Shown: positions 18,838 to 28,593 of the stretch, one piece after another | Numbering within the stretch: position 1 is the stretch's first letter | Layout: each line of letters begins with the position of its first letter | From: Myxococcota bacterium | GTDB lineage: Bacteria; Myxococcota_A; UBA9160; UBA6930 | Assembly: GCA_965223415.1 (NCBI GenBank) | Contig: OZ245002.1 | Coordinates: forward strand, 768,001-832,000 | DNA: 64,000 nt | Direction: 5' to 3' | The notes under the pieces: model-generated | Databases searched by the model: none | What the model was told of the DNA's origin: nothing | What the model saw: the letters and a program-made list of their open reading frames with translations, nothing else | Made by a program: the position numbers and the translations under genes

Positions 18838-20124
18838 GTGCTCGTGCCGACCCTTCCTGCCGGACGCCTCACCCAGACCCGGCGGTTCTTCCGCGATCCC
18901 TTCCGACTGGTCGAGGAGGCCCGGGAGAGCTGCGGCAACGTGTTCCGCCTGAGGCTGCTCGGCGTCGGAGACTGGGTGTTCTTCGCTACGCGCACGGGAG
19001 CACAGGAGCTGTTTCGCGCGGATCCGGAGGTCGTCGTCGCCGGCGCATCGAACGCGGCCGCCATCGGCGCCCTGACGGGGACGAACTCGGTGTTCGCGCT
19101 GGACGGCGCCGCCCACGCGGAGCGCCGGGGGCTCGTGCGCCCGCTGCTCGCCGAGGGCCGCGCCCTGGCCTACGCGAACCTCATCGCCACCCTGGCGGAC
19201 CGGCGGGTCTCGTCCTGGTGCGACGCGGGCCCGGTCGACCTGCTGGCGGAGTGCAGAGCTCTGGTCGCGGAGATCGTCGGAGCGATCGTGCTGGGCGACC
19301 CGCGCCACCCCGTGCTCGGGATGGTGCATGCGTTCGGGGAGGCGACGCTGCGCAAGCCGGCCATCGCTCTCGGAGCGGGCGCCGTGAGTGGGGGCCGGAT
19401 CGGTCCGTGGCGCCGTGCCCGCGCGCTCCGTCCCTCCATCGATCGCGCCGTGCTCGCGGAGGCGAACCGCCGCCGGGAGACGCCCGGTGCCGACCTGCTC
19501 TCGGAGCTCGTCTGCGCGCGCGGCTCCGACGGTGAGCCCCTCGGTGACGAAGCCCTCGCGGACGAGACCCTCAACCTGCTGCTGGCCGCGATCGACAGCA
19601 CGAGCCACGCGCTCACGTGGCTGCTCCACTTCGTCGCGGGCCAGGCCGAGATCGCCGAGCAGGTAGTCGACGAGGTGACGCAGGCGAACGATCCGGAGCG
19701 CTGGCAGGACGGCACCCTCCCCGTCCTCGACGGGGCCGTGTGGGAAGCGCTGCGACTGATGCGGGCGGCGCCTTTTGCGGGTGCGCGGGTCACCCAGGCG
19801 CCCTGGCGGTGCCTGGGCTTCGAGGTCCCCACCGGCTGCCGGGTCTCCCCGAGCAGCTACCTGATGGGGCGCGACCCGGCGGTCTACGCCGCCCCGGAGC
19901 GCTTCGATCCCGGTCGCTACAGCCGCGGGGAGCCCACGGTGCTGGTCTTCGGGGGCGGCGCGCGCCTATGTACCGGGCGAGCGGTGGCACTCGCCATCCT
20001 GCGCGGCTGCCTGGCCAGGGCGGTCTCGCGGGCGCGCCTGGCCCGGGATGCGCCGGTTCGGGCGCGGCGTCGGGGCCTCTTCTTCCTCCCCGAAGGCTGC
20101 ATCCTCCGCGCCTCCAAGCCCTGA
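18838..20124 (+). CDS. divergent cytochrome P450
   Basis: LLAAIDST I-helix, EALR, PERFDP, FGGGARLCTG. Confidence 0.85.
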   Translation: MLVPTLPAGRLTQTRRFFRDPFRLVEEARESCGNVFRLRLLGVGDWVFFATRTGAQELFRADPEVVVAGASNAAAIGALTGTNSVFALDGAAHAERRGLVRPLLAEGRALAYANLIATLADRRVSSWCDAGPVDLLAECRALVAEIVGAIVLGDPRHPVLGMVHAFGEATLRKPAIALGAGAVSGGRIGPWRRARALRPSIDRAVLAEANRRRETPGADLLSELVCARGSDGEPLGDEALADETLNLLLAAIDSTSHALTWLLHFVAGQAEIAEQVVDEVTQANDPERWQDGTLPVLDGAVWEALRLMRAAPFAGARVTQAPWRCLGFEVPTGCRVSPSSYLMGRDPAVYAAPERFDPGRYSRGEPTVLVFGGGARLCTGRAVALAILRGCLARAVSRARLARDAPVRARRRGLFFLPEGCILRASKP

Positions 20125-20175
20125 CATTCCCGTACGCGGGTCGTTAGGCTCCTCCTGGGTGAGGGGGGAGAGCGG

Positions 20176-20982
20176 CTGCGACGAAGACACCTCTTCGAGT
20201 TCGGGGACTGGCAACGGCTCCCCCGCTCCCTCCGCCAGGCCATGCAGGAGCTGATGGCCTTCTCGCCGGGCCGCTTCAGGACCTTCGAGCCGGTCGTGGG
20301 CGTGCTGACCGATGCGCTCAAGCGAACGGCCTCGCACCGTGTGCTCGACCTCGGGTCGGGCCGCGGCGGCGCCTGGAGGGAGCTGGCTCACAGCCTCTCC
20401 GACGCCGGCTTCTCGGTGAGCGTCCGGCTCTCGGATCGCAGGCCTCCGGAGCGCGAGAGCCTGGCCCTTCCGCTCACCCACCGTGTCGCGGTGAGCTACG
20501 AGCCCGAGCCGCTCGCGGCTCCGAACGTGCCGACCACGATCGGCGGGCTTCGCACCTGCTTCAACGCCTTCCACCACCTCGATCCAGGCCAGGCGAGCGA
20601 CCTGCTGGCACGGGTCGCGGCGTCCGGCGAGGGCATCGTCATCGTCGAGGTCACGAACCGGAACCTCGCGAGCCTCGCCTGGAACGCGGTGGCCGTTCCG
20701 TTGCTGGTGCTGCTGCTCGCGCCGTTCGTCGGCAGCTGGCGCGTCCTCGCGTGGACGTACCTTGGGGGATTCGCGCTTCCCCTCGCCATGGGCTGGGACG
20801 GCGCCGTCTCCTGTCTTCGGACCTACTCCGCCGACGAGGTGGTCGAGCTCGGCCGGGCGTCAGCGCCCGGCTACACCTGGACCGTGGGGGCGGAGCGCAT
20901 CGGGCGGCTGCCCGTCTCCGTCTCCTGGATCTGCGGACTCCCGCCGGGGGCGAGCGACCCGCGGACGGAAATCCGCCGGTAG
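20176..20982 (+). CDS. class I SAM-dependent methyltransferase-like protein (probable CTG start; ATG alternative at 20242)
   Basis: VLDLGSGRGG, FNAFHH, WDGAVSCLRTYS; upstream in-frame RRRHLFEFGDW looks like a conserved N-terminus. Confidence 0.72.
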   Translation: MRRRHLFEFGDWQRLPRSLRQAMQELMAFSPGRFRTFEPVVGVLTDALKRTASHRVLDLGSGRGGAWRELAHSLSDAGFSVSVRLSDRRPPERESLALPLTHRVAVSYEPEPLAAPNVPTTIGGLRTCFNAFHHLDPGQASDLLARVAASGEGIVIVEVTNRNLASLAWNAVAVPLLVLLLAPFVGSWRVLAWTYLGGFALPLAMGWDGAVSCLRTYSADEVVELGRASAPGYTWTVGAERIGRLPVSVSWICGLPPGASDPRTEIRR

Positions 20983-21867
20983 CGGCGCCTCGATCGCCGT
21001 CGGGCGCGCATCGCCGGGCATCCTGAGCGACACCTCCCGCGCGTGGAGGAGCGCGCGGTCGAAGCGACCGCCCTCAGCCCCGTAGAGCTCGTCCCCCAGG
21101 ATGGGGTGGCCCAGGGCCGCCAGGTGAACGCGGATCTGATGGGTGCGACCCGTGATCGGCCGGGCCTCGACCCGGGCGTCCTCGTCCCGGCGCTCGCAGA
21201 CCCGCACCCGCGTCTCACTCCACCGGCCGCCACTCCCAGGTGCTCCAGCCAGGGCGAACCGAAGCCGGTGCGAATCCGGGGCACGGCTCATCCAGCCGCC
21301 GACCCGGCAGCCCGTCCAGGCCGGCACCGGGGCCACCCAGGCGAGGTAGCGCTTGCGCACCCGCCTGGCGGCGAGCGCGCGCTGGGCGTGGCGCGCGGCG
21401 TCGCGGGTGCGGGCGAAGAGGACCACACCGCTGGTCTGCCGGTCGAGGCGGTGCACGGCGATCAGCTCCGCGCTTCCCAGGAGCTCGCGCAGCAGGAGCT
21501 CCAGGGAGCCGCGGGCCGACGCCCGAGTCCGCTGGGTCGGGAGCCAGGCCGGCTTGTCCACCGCCACCAGGCCCGCGCGGTCGAGCAGCACCGAGCCGGG
21601 CCCGATGCCGGGCAGCTCGGGCTCCCAGGCGAAGCCCCAGCCGACCACCTGGCAGCCGGCGGGAAGCGAATCCGGCGGATGGTCCGGCTCCAGGGGGCGC
21701 CCGCCCAGGCGCAGGCCCCCGTGCCACAGCACCCGTTCGAACGCCTCGGGGCCCGGAATCCAGCGGGCCCGGCCCTCGGCAACGAAGTCCCGCCAGCTGT
21801 GCTTGCTCGCCAGCACCCACGCCTGGCGATGGAGAGGCGGATCGGCCGGGTGGGATCGGTCACTCAT
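20860..21867 (-). CDS. RluA/RluD family RNA pseudouridine synthase
   Basis: VDKPAW, VHRLDRQTSG, TGRTHQIRVH, HPILGDELYG. Confidence 0.9.
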   Translation of the reverse strand: MSDRSHPADPPLHRQAWVLASKHSWRDFVAEGRARWIPGPEAFERVLWHGGLRLGGRPLEPDHPPDSLPAGCQVVGWGFAWEPELPGIGPGSVLLDRAGLVAVDKPAWLPTQRTRASARGSLELLLRELLGSAELIAVHRLDRQTSGVVLFARTRDAARHAQRALAARRVRKRYLAWVAPVPAWTGCRVGGWMSRAPDSHRLRFALAGAPGSGGRWSETRVRVCERRDEDARVEARPITGRTHQIRVHLAALGHPILGDELYGAEGGRFDRALLHAREVSLRMPGDARPTAIEAPLPADFRPRVARPRRESADPGDGDGQPPDALRPHGPGVAGR

Positions 21868-22001
21868 GGGATACGGGGCGATTGGACCGGCCTCGCAGCG
21901 GATTCGCAAGCCCGGCGTCCCGGAATCGCCGGGCGGTGGCTGCGACGGCGCGAGAATTTCGCGAAGCTGCACGACTCCCTCTGGAGTAGGAGACGACGAG
22001 C

Positions 22002-23027
22002 ATGCGCCTGACGATGATGGGAATGTGGATGGGGATCGGCCTCTGCCTGGTCTCGGCAGTCTTCGCGACGGCGACCGCCGCCGAAACGCCCGATGCCTCC
22101 GCCCTGCGGGAACGTGTGGGCGCCGCCTTCGGAGCCTTGCCGAAGGAGGTCCCGAATCCGGCCAACCGGGTGACCGAGGCGAAGATCACCCTCGGCCGGC
22201 TCCTCTACTACGACGAACGGCTCTCCCTCGCCGACGACATCAGCTGCAACTCCTGCCACCAGCTCGACCGCTTCGGCGTCGACGGCGAGCCCACCTCTCC
22301 GGGCCACGAAGGCCAGCGCGGCGACCGCAACTCGCCGACGGTCTACAATGCCGCCCTCCACGTCGCCCAGTTCTGGGACGGCCGCGAGCCGGACGTGGAG
22401 GCCCAAGCCAAGGGCCCGATCCTGAATCCGATCGAGATGGCGATGCCCTCCGACGCCGCCGTCATCGAGAAGCTGCGCGGCATCCCCGGCTACGCGCCGC
22501 TCTTCGCCGCGGCCTTTCCGGACGACAACGACCCGCTCAGCTACGACAACCTGGCACGGGCCATCGGCGCCTTCGAGCGCAGGCTCAGCACGCCGGGCCC
22601 CTTCGACGCCTTCCTCGCCGGCGACGACGCCGCTCTGGACGAGACCCAGCTGCGCGGTCTCGCCGCCTTCTTCGACACCGGCTGCACCACCTGCCACTCC
22701 GGCGCCGCTCTCGGCGGCGGCATGTTCCAGAAGCTCGGCCTGGTCCACCCCTACGAGACCGAGGACACCGGTCGCATGAAGGTCACGGGCAACGAGGCCG
22801 AGAAGCACTTCTTCAAGGTCCCCTCCCTGCGCAACATCGAGAAGACCGGCCCGTGGTTCCACGACGGCAGCATCAGCGACCTCTCGGAGGCGGTGCGGCT
22901 GATGGCCTGGCACCAGCTCGGCGTCGAGCTCGACGCGGCGGCCACGGCCGACATCATCGCCTTCCTCGGCGCCCTGACCGGCGAGGTGGACGCGGCGTAC
23001 ACGAAGGAGCCGGAGCCCGTCCAGTAA
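22002..23027 (+). CDS. di-heme cytochrome c peroxidase
   Basis: Signal peptide; CNSCH and CTTCH; RNSPTVYNA, QFWDGR, FKVPSLRNI. Confidence 0.92.
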   Translation: MRLTMMGMWMGIGLCLVSAVFATATAAETPDASALRERVGAAFGALPKEVPNPANRVTEAKITLGRLLYYDERLSLADDISCNSCHQLDRFGVDGEPTSPGHEGQRGDRNSPTVYNAALHVAQFWDGREPDVEAQAKGPILNPIEMAMPSDAAVIEKLRGIPGYAPLFAAAFPDDNDPLSYDNLARAIGAFERRLSTPGPFDAFLAGDDAALDETQLRGLAAFFDTGCTTCHSGAALGGGMFQKLGLVHPYETEDTGRMKVTGNEAEKHFFKVPSLRNIEKTGPWFHDGSISDLSEAVRLMAWHQLGVELDAAATADIIAFLGALTGEVDAAYTKEPEPVQ

Positions 23028-23066
23028 CGCGTCCCGCGTTCGGCCGACGCTGCGCGCCACCCAGAC

Positions 23067-23882
23067 ATGACGACTCGGCTACCGCAAGAGGAGCTGATCA
23101 GCGCGGTCCGGACCCGGTCGAAGAGCGACGAACGGGTCCTCGCGGTGCTGATGTACGGGTCATTCGCGAAGGGCGAAGGCGATCGGTTCTCCGACGTGGA
23201 GTTCTACGTGTTCGTCGCCGACGACGAGCTGAGCTCCCTCGATCGGCATGCATGGGTGTCCTCGATCGCACCGGTGTCCGCCTTCTTCGTGAACGAGTTC
23301 GGAACCGACGTCGCGATATTCGAGAACCTGGTCCGGGGCGAGTTCCACTTCGAGCCCCATGGCAGCGTCGGCCGGGTGCGGGGCTGGACCTCCATCGAGT
23401 CCCTCGGCTCGGCGAAGGAAATGCTGGTTCTCGATCAGAGGGGAGAGCTCACTTCGGCACTGGGCGATCGGCATCGAACGAGCCCGTCACGGGATCTGGT
23501 TCAGGAACTCTACGACCGCTTCCTCAACTGGTACCTGCTCGGCTGCAACGTCCTCCGGCGGGGCGAACGAGCGCGCGCCCTCGACGCGCTCGGCCGAGCC
23601 CATGTCTTCCTGCTCCAGCTCGCCCGGATCCGCGAGGGCGCCCTCGAACACTGGCTGACGCCGAGCCGGAATTTGGAGCACGAGCTCAGTCGGCCAGGCT
23701 ACGAGGCCTACTGCTCGTGCACCGCCTCCCTGGCAGCGGATTCGCTGACGGCCGGTTACGGGAACGCTTGGCAGTGGTCCCGGGAGCTGATGGCGGACCT
23801 GTCGCCTTCCTGGAACGTCGACTCGCGGCACGCACTCGTCGAGAGCATCGAGGCCAGCCTGCCGAGCTGGCTGTCCGGCTAG
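23067..23882 (+). CDS. lincosamide nucleotidyltransferase, Lnu(B)/(F)/(G)-like
   Basis: MYGSFAKGEGDRFSDVEFY, NEFGTDVAIFENLVRGEFHF, NVLRRGERARAL, SRNLE match Lnu(B) blocks as recalled. Confidence 0.85.
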   Translation: MTTRLPQEELISAVRTRSKSDERVLAVLMYGSFAKGEGDRFSDVEFYVFVADDELSSLDRHAWVSSIAPVSAFFVNEFGTDVAIFENLVRGEFHFEPHGSVGRVRGWTSIESLGSAKEMLVLDQRGELTSALGDRHRTSPSRDLVQELYDRFLNWYLLGCNVLRRGERARALDALGRAHVFLLQLARIREGALEHWLTPSRNLEHELSRPGYEAYCSCTASLAADSLTAGYGNAWQWSRELMADLSPSWNVDSRHALVESIEASLPSWLSG

Positions 23883-23897
23883 CCGGACTCCCCGGCC

Positions 23898-24590
23898 CTA
23901 CCGTTCCCCCCGCCGCTGCTCGTTCACCAACGTGTGCGCCCGCCGCGTCGCCTCCGGCAGGCGGAATCGGGGCGCGCCGCCGAGGACGATGCGGCACGCG
24001 GTCTCGAGGGAGACGCGATGGCCGATCGAGACGAACACGGGCTTCACGCCGGTTCGCGTCCGCAGCACCCGCCCGACCACCTCCCCCTCGTGGCGCAGCT
24101 GTACGGCGGCGCCGCGGCGGGGACCAGGCTCTCGATGCTCGCCGACGAGGAGGCTCTTGGCACAACCGAGGGTGGGCCGGTCGAGCACGACGCCGAGATG
24201 ACAGGCCAATCCGAAGCGGCGCGGGTGGGCCAGGCCATGGCCGTCGCACACGATCACGTCCGGGAGGGTTCGCAGCTTCTCGAAGGCGGCGAGCAGCGGT
24301 GGGATCTCGCGGAAGGAGAGGGTTCCCGGCACGTAGGGGAAGCGGACCTCGTGGCTGACGGCCACCTCCTCCACGGGCTCGAGGCTGGCGGCGTCCAGGA
24401 CGGCGACCCCCGCGTGCAGCAGGGGGCTCCGCTTGTCGAAGGACACGTCCACGCCGGCCACGGTGCGGGGCGCGGCGACGCCGGGGGCGTCCTCGCGGAC
24501 GACCCGGTCGCGCAGGCGCTCCTGGATCGCCCGAGCCGCGGGGACGTCCACGTCCCATGCGTGCCGCAGCCTGGGTCGGAGGCCGCTCAG
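23898..24590 (-). CDS. nfi: endonuclease V (start uncertain, probably CTG at 24590)
   Basis: VAGVDVS, FPYVPGTLSFRE, DGHGLAHPRRFGLACHLG, KPVFVSIGH, RLPEATRRAH. Confidence 0.9.
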   Translation of the reverse strand: MSGLRPRLRHAWDVDVPAARAIQERLRDRVVREDAPGVAAPRTVAGVDVSFDKRSPLLHAGVAVLDAASLEPVEEVAVSHEVRFPYVPGTLSFREIPPLLAAFEKLRTLPDVIVCDGHGLAHPRRFGLACHLGVVLDRPTLGCAKSLLVGEHREPGPRRGAAVQLRHEGEVVGRVLRTRTGVKPVFVSIGHRVSLETACRIVLGGAPRFRLPEATRRAHTLVNEQRRGER

Positions 24591-27454
24591 AGGCCCTGGA
24601 AGGCGGCTTCGAGGATGGCCGCCTGCTCGGCCCGGTGGACGCGACCGGAGCCGGTGGCCGGGCTCGCGTGGGAGGGACGACCGGCGTAGCCGAGCTTCGA
24701 GAGGGTGCGCAGCTGGCCCTGCAGCCGCTCGCGCACGAAGGTCCAGGGGCCCATGTTGGCCGGCTCTTCCTGGACCCAGAAGACGCCCTCCGCGCGGGAG
24801 TAGCGCTCCATGATCCGGTCGATGATCTCCTCGGGCCAGGGATAGAGCTCCTCGACCCGGACGATCGCCACGTCGCCGGCGGCGTCGCCCGCCGCCACGC
24901 CGTCGCGCTTCTCGCGGTGGGCGAGCAGGTCGTAGTAGACCTTCCCGCTGCAGCACAGCACCCGGCGCACGACCGACGGGTCGAGCACCGCGGGATCGTC
25001 GAGCACCGGCTGGAAGCCGCGGTTCACGAAGTCCGCCACGTGGGAGGTGGCTCGCGGTGCGCGCAGCAGGCTCTTCGGCGTGAAGATGACCAGCGGTGCC
25101 CGGTAGGGCCGGCGCATCTGGCGGCGCAGCACGTGGAAGTACTGGGCGGGCGTCGTGCAGTTCGCGACCTGGAGGTTGTCCTCGGCGCAGAGCTGGAGGA
25201 AACGCTCCATCCTCGCACTCGAGTGCTCCGGGCCCTGCCCCTCGTAGCCGTGGGGCAGGAGCATCGCCAGCCCGCTCATGCGCTGCCACTTCACGTGGGC
25301 CGACGTGATGAACTGGTCGATGATCACCTGGGCGCCGTTGGCGAAATCGCCGAACTGGGCCTCCCACAGGGTGAGCGTGGTCGGGTCGGCCAGGCTGTAG
25401 CCGTACTCGAAGCCCAGCACCGCGGCTTCGGAGAGGTGGCTGTCGTAGACCTCGAAGCGCGCCTGGGTCTCGGAGATGTGGTCGAGGGGTGCGTACTCGA
25501 CGCCGGTCTCCTGATGGACGAGGACGGCGTGACGCTGACTGAAGGTGCCCCGGGAGCTGTCCTGGCCCGAGAGCCGCACGGGAGTCCCCTCGACGAGCAG
25601 GCTGCCGAAGGCCAGCGCCTCGCCGGTGGCCCAGTCGATGGGGGAGTCCTCGGCGACCACCTTGCGTCGCTTGTCGAGCACCGCGGCGAGCTTCTTGTGC
25701 ACCTCGAAGTCGCCCGGCACCTCGGCCAGCGCTTCCGCGATCCGGGCGAGTCGCTCGACCGGCACCGTGGTCTCGCCGTCGTCTCCCGGATCGGTCCGCA
25801 AGAAGCCCGACCAGGGCCCCCGCGGCTCGTAGGGCTCGTCCGGGCCGGGCGGCTTGGTCTTGATGATCTGCAGCGCTTGCTGGAGCTGATCGTTCAGGTC
25901 CTCTTCGATCCGCTCCACGTCCGCCTGGCTCAGGGTGCCGCCCCGCACCAGCTGCTCGGTGTAGATCGCCCGCAGCGAATCCTTGTTGCGGATCTTCCGG
26001 TAGAGGACCGGGTTCGTGAAGCTCGGCTCGTCGCCTTCGTTGTGGCCGTGGCGGCGGTAACAAAGGAGATCGATCACGACGTCGTCGCCGAAGCGCTGGC
26101 GATAGGCGAAGGCCAACTTGGTCACGTGGACCACCGCCTCCGGATCGTCGCCGTTCACGTGGAAGATCGGGATCTGGATCATCTTCGCGACATCGGTGGC
26201 GTAGAGGGTCGAGCGCGCTTCCTGGGGCGTGGTGGTGAAGCCGATCTGGTTGTTCACCACGACGTGCAGCGTCCCGCCCACCGAGTATCCGTTCAGGTGG
26301 GAGAGGTTCAGCGTCTCCGGAACCATGCCCTGGCCGGCGAAAGCGGCATCGCCGTGCAGCAGCACGGGCACCGTCTGCCAGCCCTTCTCGTCACCGCTCC
26401 GGATCTGCTTCGCGCGGGTGCGGCCCACGACGACCGGGTCGACGGCCTCGAGATGGGAGGGGTTGGCGGTGAGCGAAAGGTGGATGCGCTCGCCGGAGCG
26501 GGTGCGGCGGTCGCTCGAGTAGCCCTTGTGGTACTTGACGTCCCCGGAGCCGAAGGGCGAATCGTGCTCCTCCACGTCCTCGAACTCCGAGAACATCGCC
26601 TCGAGGCTCTTGCCCATGATGTTGGAGAGGACGTTCAGACGTCCGCGATGGGCCATGCCCAGCACGATCTCGCGGGCGCCGCGGGCCGGCGCCTCCTCGA
26701 CGACGGTGTCGAGCAGCGGGATCAGGGCCTCGGCGCCCTCGAGGGAGAAGCGCTTCTGCCCGATGAACTTGGTGTGGAGGAAGCGCTCGAAGAGCTCCGC
26801 CGCGCAGATCTTCTCCAGGATGCGCAGGCGTTCCTCGGGGAGCTGCGTGGTGTCGTTCTCGTGCTCCTCCATCTGCTGCATCAGCCACTGGCGCCGGCCG
26901 GGATCCTGGATGTGGGTGAACTCGACGCCGATCTTGCGACAGTAGGTGGAGCGCAGCCGGTCCAGGATCTGGGCGAGGGTCTGGATCGGGCCGCCGGGAA
27001 GATCGCCGGCGAAGAAGGGCTGCTCGAGGTCGTCGTCGCCCAGGCCGTAGTGGGCGGGGTCGAGCTCGGGGAAGTCAGCCGGCGCCGGGGTGAGGGGGTT
27101 CGAATCGGCGATGCGGTGGCCCCTGGCGCGGAACGCGTGGATCAGCCGCAGCACCCGGGCGTGCTTCTCGGCGACCTGGGGGCTGGCGATCGCGTGGAGC
27201 GCCTCGGTGGCCGGCGCCGGCTCGGTCCGGACGGGAGCCCGGTGCGCAGGGGGCGCTGCAGGCTCGCGGCGGGCCTTCGGCCGGTCCTCGAACAGCTCCG
27301 CCCAGCTGGCGTCGACGGACTCCGGGTCGAGGGCGTAGCGATCGCGGATCTCCGCGACGATGCCCGCGTTCACTCCGAAGCCGGCGAGGGCGGGCTTCTT
27401 CTCGCCCTCGCCGCGCGCGCTCTCTGGGCGGCCCTTGTGGCTCAAGGCGCTCAC
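24587..27454 (-). CDS. sucA: 2-oxoglutarate dehydrogenase E1
   Basis: KRFSLEG, GMAHRGRLN, GDVKYH, HGDAAFAGQG, LPHGYEGQGPEHSSAR. Confidence 0.96.
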   Translation of the reverse strand: MSALSHKGRPESARGEGEKKPALAGFGVNAGIVAEIRDRYALDPESVDASWAELFEDRPKARREPAAPPAHRAPVRTEPAPATEALHAIASPQVAEKHARVLRLIHAFRARGHRIADSNPLTPAPADFPELDPAHYGLGDDDLEQPFFAGDLPGGPIQTLAQILDRLRSTYCRKIGVEFTHIQDPGRRQWLMQQMEEHENDTTQLPEERLRILEKICAAELFERFLHTKFIGQKRFSLEGAEALIPLLDTVVEEAPARGAREIVLGMAHRGRLNVLSNIMGKSLEAMFSEFEDVEEHDSPFGSGDVKYHKGYSSDRRTRSGERIHLSLTANPSHLEAVDPVVVGRTRAKQIRSGDEKGWQTVPVLLHGDAAFAGQGMVPETLNLSHLNGYSVGGTLHVVVNNQIGFTTTPQEARSTLYATDVAKMIQIPIFHVNGDDPEAVVHVTKLAFAYRQRFGDDVVIDLLCYRRHGHNEGDEPSFTNPVLYRKIRNKDSLRAIYTEQLVRGGTLSQADVERIEEDLNDQLQQALQIIKTKPPGPDEPYEPRGPWSGFLRTDPGDDGETTVPVERLARIAEALAEVPGDFEVHKKLAAVLDKRRKVVAEDSPIDWATGEALAFGSLLVEGTPVRLSGQDSSRGTFSQRHAVLVHQETGVEYAPLDHISETQARFEVYDSHLSEAAVLGFEYGYSLADPTTLTLWEAQFGDFANGAQVIIDQFITSAHVKWQRMSGLAMLLPHGYEGQGPEHSSARMERFLQLCAEDNLQVANCTTPAQYFHVLRRQMRRPYRAPLVIFTPKSLLRAPRATSHVADFVNRGFQPVLDDPAVLDPSVVRRVLCCSGKVYYDLLAHREKRDGVAAGDAAGDVAIVRVEELYPWPEEIIDRIMERYSRAEGVFWVQEEPANMGPWTFVRERLQGQLRTLSKLGYAGRPSHASPATGSGRVHRAEQAAILEAAFQGL

Positions 27455-27604
27455 GGCACCAATCCTCGCTTGCCCACTTCGCCGGCCCGGAGAGCCCCCT
27501 CGGCCCTCTCGCGACCCGACCCACGAAGCATCGGCTGGCCCCGCCCCGTCATGTAGCCCAATCGCAGCACATGACCAGTGGGATGCCCCGAGCCGGCCCT
27601 CGGT

Positions 27605-28516
27605 TCACGGCGATCCATCCCGACCGAAGCGCAGGGCCGCCTCCACGACCAGGTCCGGCCGTTCCATCGGGACCAGGTGGCCGGCGTCGACTTCCTCGAG
27701 CCGGGCCGCCGGCATCAGCTCGACCAGGGCCTGATAGAACGGGAGCGGGAAGTTGCCGAGGCGGGCCCAGAGCCAGAGGCAGGGCGTGACCGTCCGCCGC
27801 GCCAGGTCGGCGACGTCGACGTCCCGCCGCGGGCCGAAGACGGCCGCCTCCACCTCGGGCGAACACTTGAGCTCCACGCTGCCGTCAGGCAGCGCGCGCA
27901 GGCCGTCCAGGGTGTAGAGGTCCAGGGCCTCGGGCTGCCAGGCGGCGAAGAAGTCGCGCTCGGCCCACCAGGCGCGGGCCTCGGCGGCGCTGGGCCAATC
28001 CGCCCGCCGCTTGAGCGCGGTCTCGACCATGCTCTGGACGTGCTCGAGGCGCTCCGGCGGCGCGCCCCCCGGCGGCGGCGGCGTGACCGGATCGACCAGC
28101 ACGAGGCGCCGGAAGAGTGCGGGTCGGCGGGCCGCCGCGCCGAGCATCGACGTGCCGCCAAAGGAGTGGCCGATCCCGAGGGAGATCGCGTCCTGGCCAC
28201 TCTCGGCCCGTAGCGTGTCGGCGACCGCCGCCACGTCGGTGGCGAACTCGTCCCAGGCGAAGACGTCCCGGGGATCGCCGGCCGGGCGAGAAGAATCGCC
28301 GTGGCCGCGGGCGTCCATCGCCACCGGGCGGTAGCCCGCCTCCTGCAGGCCCTCTGCCACCTGCGCCCACATCCCCTTGCAGAAGCCGTTGGCGTGGTGG
28401 AGCAGCGCGATCGGGCCGTCGCCGCCCCAGTCGAGGAGCGCGATCTCGACGTCGCGCCCGGGGAGGGCGAGGCGTCGCCTCTCGGCGCGGTCCAGGAGCG
28501 CGGCGGCCGTCTGCAT
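27605..28516 (-). CDS. alpha/beta hydrolase
   Basis: HHANGF, DARGHGDS, GHSFGG, GHLVPME. Confidence 0.88.
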   Translation of the reverse strand: MQTAAALLDRAERRRLALPGRDVEIALLDWGGDGPIALLHHANGFCKGMWAQVAEGLQEAGYRPVAMDARGHGDSSRPAGDPRDVFAWDEFATDVAAVADTLRAESGQDAISLGIGHSFGGTSMLGAAARRPALFRRLVLVDPVTPPPPGGAPPERLEHVQSMVETALKRRADWPSAAEARAWWAERDFFAAWQPEALDLYTLDGLRALPDGSVELKCSPEVEAAVFGPRRDVDVADLARRTVTPCLWLWARLGNFPLPFYQALVELMPAARLEEVDAGHLVPMERPDLVVEAALRFGRDGSP

Positions 28517-28593
28517 CCGGCGGACGGTAGCCGTTTCCGCCCCGGCCGCCGGATCGCCCGCTCCCCGTGGCGAGTCGGTTACCCTGCGCGCCC

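Noticed and set aside
20122..20145. TGA plus hairpin as a selenocysteine/SECIS signal
   Set aside because: Position is the normal P450 C-terminus, not a Cys-equivalent site, and the stem is only 4 bp
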